Source of the DNA: Promethearchaeota archaeon
Lineage (GTDB): Archaea; Asgardarchaeota; Lokiarchaeia; Sigyniarchaeales; SOKP01
Assembly (NCBI GenBank): GCA_048939995.1
Contig: JBHLOY010000009.1
Span: 64,001 to 128,000 of the forward strand
Reading direction: 5' to 3'
Length of the DNA: 64,000 bases
Shown: positions 59,986 through 64,000 of the stretch, piece by piece
How positions within the stretch are numbered: the stretch's first letter is position 1
Layout of the letters: every line of letters starts with the position of its first letter
The notes under the pieces: generated by a model
Database searches by the model: none
Seen by the model: the letters and a program-made list of their open reading frames with translations, nothing else
What the model was told of the DNA's origin: nothing
Program-made: the position numbers and the translations under genes

Positions 59986-60591
59986 TTGATGAATGAAGAA
60001 CAGAAAAGCCAAGTTTCCCTTGATGATATTAGTGAAGAAAGTTTGCCTGAAAAAATTCCTACCAAATTTATAAATTCAAGAGTCATTGTTTTTGACCCTT
60101 TATATGCTTCTTATTTATATGTAAAACAGAAATTTTTTGGGTCGCCACTTGGAATTAGTAAACCACGCCTAGAATATTTTTCTAAACCATCTGAGTTATC
60201 AATTGAAGAGGCATACTATTTACTGCAAAAAGGAAAAATTACTATTTTTGATCCTCAACAGAATAAGTATCTAAGCTTAGAAGATTTTAGCACTATAGCA
60301 AGAAAAATCCATTATAAATTTGAAGAAAAATCGATAATATATCAAGATTTAAGAGAAAAAGGATATATTCCAAGACCTGGTTTAAAGTTTGGGGCGGATT
60401 TTGTAGTGTATAAGAAAGGTCCGGGTTTAGAACACTCTCCTTTTATTGTTCACGTCTTGCATCATGATGCGAAGATAACTGCTGTGGATATGGTAAGAGC
60501 AGGAAGGTTAGCAACATCAGTTAGAAAGAAATTTGTTATCGCTAATCCCTTAACGAAAAGTTATTACTTTTTTGAGTGGTTCAAACCGTAG
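59986..60591 (+). CDS. endA: tRNA-intron endonuclease, catalytic subunit
   Basis: YQDLREKG, GLKFGADFVVY, GP..EHS, RLATSVRK (Tyr/His/Lys triad). Confidence 0.9.
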   Translation: MMNEEQKSQVSLDDISEESLPEKIPTKFINSRVIVFDPLYASYLYVKQKFFGSPLGISKPRLEYFSKPSELSIEEAYYLLQKGKITIFDPQQNKYLSLEDFSTIARKIHYKFEEKSIIYQDLREKGYIPRPGLKFGADFVVYKKGPGLEHSPFIVHVLHHDAKITAVDMVRAGRLATSVRKKFVIANPLTKSYYFFEWFKP

Positions 60592-60602
60592 ATATAATTG
60601 TC

Positions 60603-62417
60603 TTATTCAAGTTTAGAAAGAATTATCCTCCGATTAATTTCATCCTTAAAATACTCAAGAGATCTTAAATCATTATTAGGAATAGTTTGATTCATTTTTA
60701 ATATTTCAGCAATGAGATCCCTTCCTAATATGTTCTCAATTGAAATATCTTGTTTTATGAGCTCTTTCCCCATTTTATAGATGAATAAAATTATTTTAAC
60801 TAATCCTAGCAACTTTTCACTATTTGTATAATTATCTATCTCATCATAAGCATTTTGTATCAAAAATCCATTCCTTATTAAATTCGAAACTAAGAGGATT
60901 AATTGTTGATCTTTAGATAAATAATTTACTCCAACTAGTGGTATAAGGCGAGTAAGATCTTGTTCTTCAGACAAAATTTCATTAACTTTATCTCTGCATT
61001 CCATCCAACCAACATTTATCTCTGGCCAATCAATATCTCGTTCATACCACCACTTTTCAAGGAATTCTGGATAATGTGAATAAGAATTAAACCAACTTAT
61101 CGCAGGATAATGCTTTAGATATGCTAATTTTGGATCCAATGCTAAAAAGACTTGTACGACTCTTTTAGTTATTGCGGTAACCGGCTCATTGAAATCACCT
61201 GCTGGCGGTGATATTGTCGCAATAATAGTTATAGAACCACTCCTTTCAAGTGATTCACCATTTCCTAATAATTCAACAAGTCCTGCGCGCTCATAGAAAC
61301 TGAAAAGTTTAGATTGTAAGTAAGATGGGTATCCTTCCTCAGCAGGCATTTCTCCTAATAAGCCAGAAATTTCTCTCAAAGATTCTGCCCATCGAGATGT
61401 ACTATCTGCTAAAACAACTACATTATATCCCATATCTCGATAATACTCTGCAATGGTAACACCTGAGAATAAACTAGCTTCCCGTGCAGAAACAGGCATA
61501 TTTGAAGTATTAGCAATAAGGATAGTTCGTTCTAAGATAGGACGGTTTGTGTTTGAATCCATTATCTCTGAAAATTGTTTGAGAGTATTGGCGATCTCAT
61601 TACCAGGTTCTCCACATCCTATAAAAACAATTATATCAGCATCAGACCACTTTGCTAAAGATTGTTGTAAGACGGTTTTACCTGTTCCGAAACCTCCAGG
61701 AATAGCCGTAGTACCACCTTTTGCAATTGGAAATAGTAAATCAATCACTCTAATCCCTGTGATTAGAGGTTCAGTTGGCTGTTTTTTTTTTTTATACGGT
61801 CGTTTCTTTGAAACAGGCCATTTTTGTATCATGGGATAAGATTTTACATTATTTTCATTTTTTAACTTATATATCTCTTCAACTATTGTATAATCCCCTT
61901 CTTGGGCTATAAAAACTATATTTCCAGAAGTATTAGGCGGAACCATGATTTTATGCGTTATTGAAGGGGTTTCTTCTACAACTCCTATTATATCTCCACC
62001 ATTCACGTGAGTATTTAATTCCTTTAATGGAATAAAGTGCCATTTCTTTGTCCTTGATAATGCAGGGAAGTTCATACCCCTCTCTAACCACCCTGATTTA
62101 AAATTTCTAAAAATTTCTTTTAATGGTCTTTGCATTCCGTCAAATATGTTACTTAACAATCCAGGTGCCAATTCCATTGAGAGAGGCTCATATAAACTTT
62201 CAACTTTTTCATTTAGTTTAATTTTGAAAGTATCTTCAAAACATTGAACAACGATGTGGTTTTCATATATTTGTATTACTTCTCCTAATACATTATGATT
62301 TAAGATTTTAATAAGATCATGCAATTGAACTTGGGTTTCTAAACCTTTTATTTTGATTATAGATCCAAAAATCTCAGAAATATATCCAATTTTTCCACTT
62401 TCGATTTTACTTTTCAT
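60603..62417 (-). CDS. atpA: A/V-type ATPase subunit A, divergent
   Basis: [38 protein letters not shown]; but GEPGNE. Confidence 0.85.
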   Translation of the reverse strand: MKSKIESGKIGYISEIFGSIIKIKGLETQVQLHDLIKILNHNVLGEVIQIYENHIVVQCFEDTFKIKLNEKVESLYEPLSMELAPGLLSNIFDGMQRPLKEIFRNFKSGWLERGMNFPALSRTKKWHFIPLKELNTHVNGGDIIGVVEETPSITHKIMVPPNTSGNIVFIAQEGDYTIVEEIYKLKNENNVKSYPMIQKWPVSKKRPYKKKKQPTEPLITGIRVIDLLFPIAKGGTTAIPGGFGTGKTVLQQSLAKWSDADIIVFIGCGEPGNEIANTLKQFSEIMDSNTNRPILERTILIANTSNMPVSAREASLFSGVTIAEYYRDMGYNVVVLADSTSRWAESLREISGLLGEMPAEEGYPSYLQSKLFSFYERAGLVELLGNGESLERSGSITIIATISPPAGDFNEPVTAITKRVVQVFLALDPKLAYLKHYPAISWFNSYSHYPEFLEKWWYERDIDWPEINVGWMECRDKVNEILSEEQDLTRLIPLVGVNYLSKDQQLILLVSNLIRNGFLIQNAYDEIDNYTNSEKLLGLVKIILFIYKMGKELIKQDISIENILGRDLIAEILKMNQTIPNNDLRSLEYFKDEINRRIILSKLE

Positions 62418-62454
62418 CGTTTTTATATAAAACTTTAATTTAGTAAACTAAATC

Positions 62455-62898
62455 TTAACCCATTACTGGCACTCCACAATTTGGACACGTTTTTACAAAA
62501 TTTGGAATAGTAATTTTGCAATTAGGACATTTTCTAATTATTGGCTTCCTATATTTAAAATTTAAGTTAATATCTTTTGTATCCACTGGTTTAAATTCAT
62601 ATGTTTGAGATTGACTTTTAAGGTCTTCTTTATATAGTTCATAATCAGATTTCTCTCGCCTTTCTCTTTTTGGAAAAAGACGACGATACATTGATTTCGA
62701 GATTCCAGTAAGAAGGGGTCCGATAACTATTAATATTAAGAAAATTAGTATGATAATGATAATCCAATGCTCTATTGCTAAATCAACTAAAAATATGTAA
62801 AGAAAGTAAAGAGATATTAAATAGAATGCAATAAAAATAAAACGAATTATTATTCCTCTCTTGCTTAGAACTTTTTTTTTGGTAGATTTCTCTTCCAC
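62455..62898 (-). CDS. 2-TM protein with C-terminal double-CxxC zinc ribbon
   Basis: Two TM helices; CPNC...CPNCG. Confidence 0.7.
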   Translation of the reverse strand: MEEKSTKKKVLSKRGIIIRFIFIAFYLISLYFLYIFLVDLAIEHWIIIIILIFLILIVIGPLLTGISKSMYRRLFPKRERREKSDYELYKEDLKSQSQTYEFKPVDTKDINLNFKYRKPIIRKCPNCKITIPNFVKTCPNCGVPVMG

Positions 62899-62920
62899 GT
62901 GTTAGAACCTCTTTTAAAAG

Positions 62921-64000
62921 TTAACTTTTAAAATATTTTTGTTCAATATAACTTATAGCTTCATCAATATCTTTTTTTGCTTTCTCAGGCTCAATTTCTT
63001 TTTCTATTTCCTCTGAGATTACATCTTTTTCAAGATGTTCTCGAAATATTATTTTAGAATAATCATTATCTAAATAAAATGGGAAAAATTCTGTTCCTGT
63101 ACCTTTGTAAAATTTAAAGAAAAATTCGTAAAAGTGAAGTCGAATTGTATTAATAAAGACCAAAATACCTTCCAATAATATTACGATAATATTTCCGAGA
63201 ATTAACCCTAAAAACTTTAGGATATCAAACCAGATTCCCTCACCTTGAAGTAAATTAGAGAGAGCTTGTATAGATATCATTAACGCTATGTGAGCAAGGG
63301 CTAATGCTAACAATCGAATATATGATGCTACATTGCTTAATACTGATAAAGCGGTCTCAAAAGTCTCCATTGTACCTTCTCCCATCAATGCTCCATAGGA
63401 TTCTTTCTTCAAATAAGATATACCGAATACTTTACCTAACGGTTTTAGTAGAATTAATAGAATACCTGGAATAATAACAAGTAAAATTGGAGGTGGTAGC
63501 GTTATTGGCCCCCAAAAAGTAAGGAGAGAAGTTGATGATAACCAGACGGTAAGATTTATACCATAGGTAAATATTAAGTATGTACCCCCTGTTAATAAAC
63601 ATATTTTTATAAAGGAATTGGAAAAGGCTAAATATTTCTTTGATTGCCTGACGTAATTAATTAGTTCAAGGAACCACCCTAAATTAATGTGGACCACTCC
63701 AATGAAAAGAGCAAATTCAAAAACGACTGTAATATTCGCAATAGGATCAAACAAACTTACCGGTCCAAGAAATGGTACCGTAATAAAAATTGGTTGCAAA
63801 GGTATCCCAAAAATTTGTTCATAACCAAAAAATTCTCCATAAAATAATCCCCCTAAGACAGCTCCAATCCCGCAATAGAACACTATCCAACTAAATTGAC
63901 CTGTTTTTTTCTTGCGAAAAAGTATTCCCCCTAAAATGCCAGCAATAATTAAGACCAATCCATGACCTATATCTCCAAACATCAATCCAAAGATAAAGGG
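62921..64000 (-). CDS. atpI: A/V-type ATPase subunit I (a), 5'-truncated by window edge
   Basis: PFIFGLMFGDIGHG, SNVASYIRLLALALAH (essential Arg present), IRLHFYEFF. Confidence 0.9.
   Translation of the reverse strand, partial: PFIFGLMFGDIGHGLVLIIAGILGGILFRKKKTGQFSWIVFYCGIGAVLGGLFYGEFFGYEQIFGIPLQPIFITVPFLGPVSLFDPIANITVVFEFALFIGVVHINLGWFLELINYVRQSKKYLAFSNSFIKICLLTGGTYLIFTYGINLTVWLSSTSLLTFWGPITLPPPILLVIIPGILLILLKPLGKVFGISYLKKESYGALMGEGTMETFETALSVLSNVASYIRLLALALAHIALMISIQALSNLLQGEGIWFDILKFLGLILGNIIVILLEGILVFINTIRLHFYEFFFKFYKGTGTEFFPFYLDNDYSKIIFREHLEKDVISEEIEKEIEPEKAKKDIDEAISYIEQKYFKS

Noticed and set aside
3656-61839. Numerous 60-135 aa ORFs nested in or antisense to long genes (e.g. 3698, 32851, 39081, 57910, 61453)
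   Set aside because: Shadows of well-supported CDSs with no motifs of their own
1-64000. tRNA/rRNA genes, IS elements, proviruses
   Set aside because: No long GC-rich structured intergenic tracts, and no transposase, integrase or capsid-like ORFs seen

Overview
AT-rich (about 30% GC by eye) archaeal chromosomal segment, most likely from an Asgard archaeon (Lokiarchaeia-like). The archaeal call rests on RadA, tRNA-intron endonuclease, CdhA, A/V-ATPase subunits and AGGTGA ribosome-binding sites. The Asgard call rests on many eukaryote-like proteins. No rRNA, tRNA, CRISPR array or transposase was seen. Main blocks: (i) 4-17 kb: three paralogous single-pass membrane proteins (beta-rich ectodomain, TM, cytoplasmic longin-like domain, winged-helix-like tail) interleaved with sulfate-ester catabolism genes. 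(ii) 19.7-28.3 kb: GH57 glucanotransferase, a 21xWD40-TIR protein and a maltokinase-like kinase. (iii) 29.9-42.4 kb: a dense set of trafficking/signalling-like genes: alpha-SNAP-like solenoid, vWA-RING-RING, HhH-GTPase-roadblock, and a co-oriented longin-Arf / V4R(Bet3-fold) / Rab-like run resembling a proto-TRAPP/Rab-GEF module. This block is interrupted by a lone cdhA and a pseudogene. (iv) 44.7-53.7 kb: alpha-glucan cluster (GalT-like, NDP-sugar pyrophosphorylase, two GH57 branching enzymes, degenerate PGM). (v) 54-64 kb: housekeeping genes and a divergent A/V-ATPase A subunit with Arg->Pro in the GERGNE motif. All assignments are by-eye motif recognition; no searches were run.
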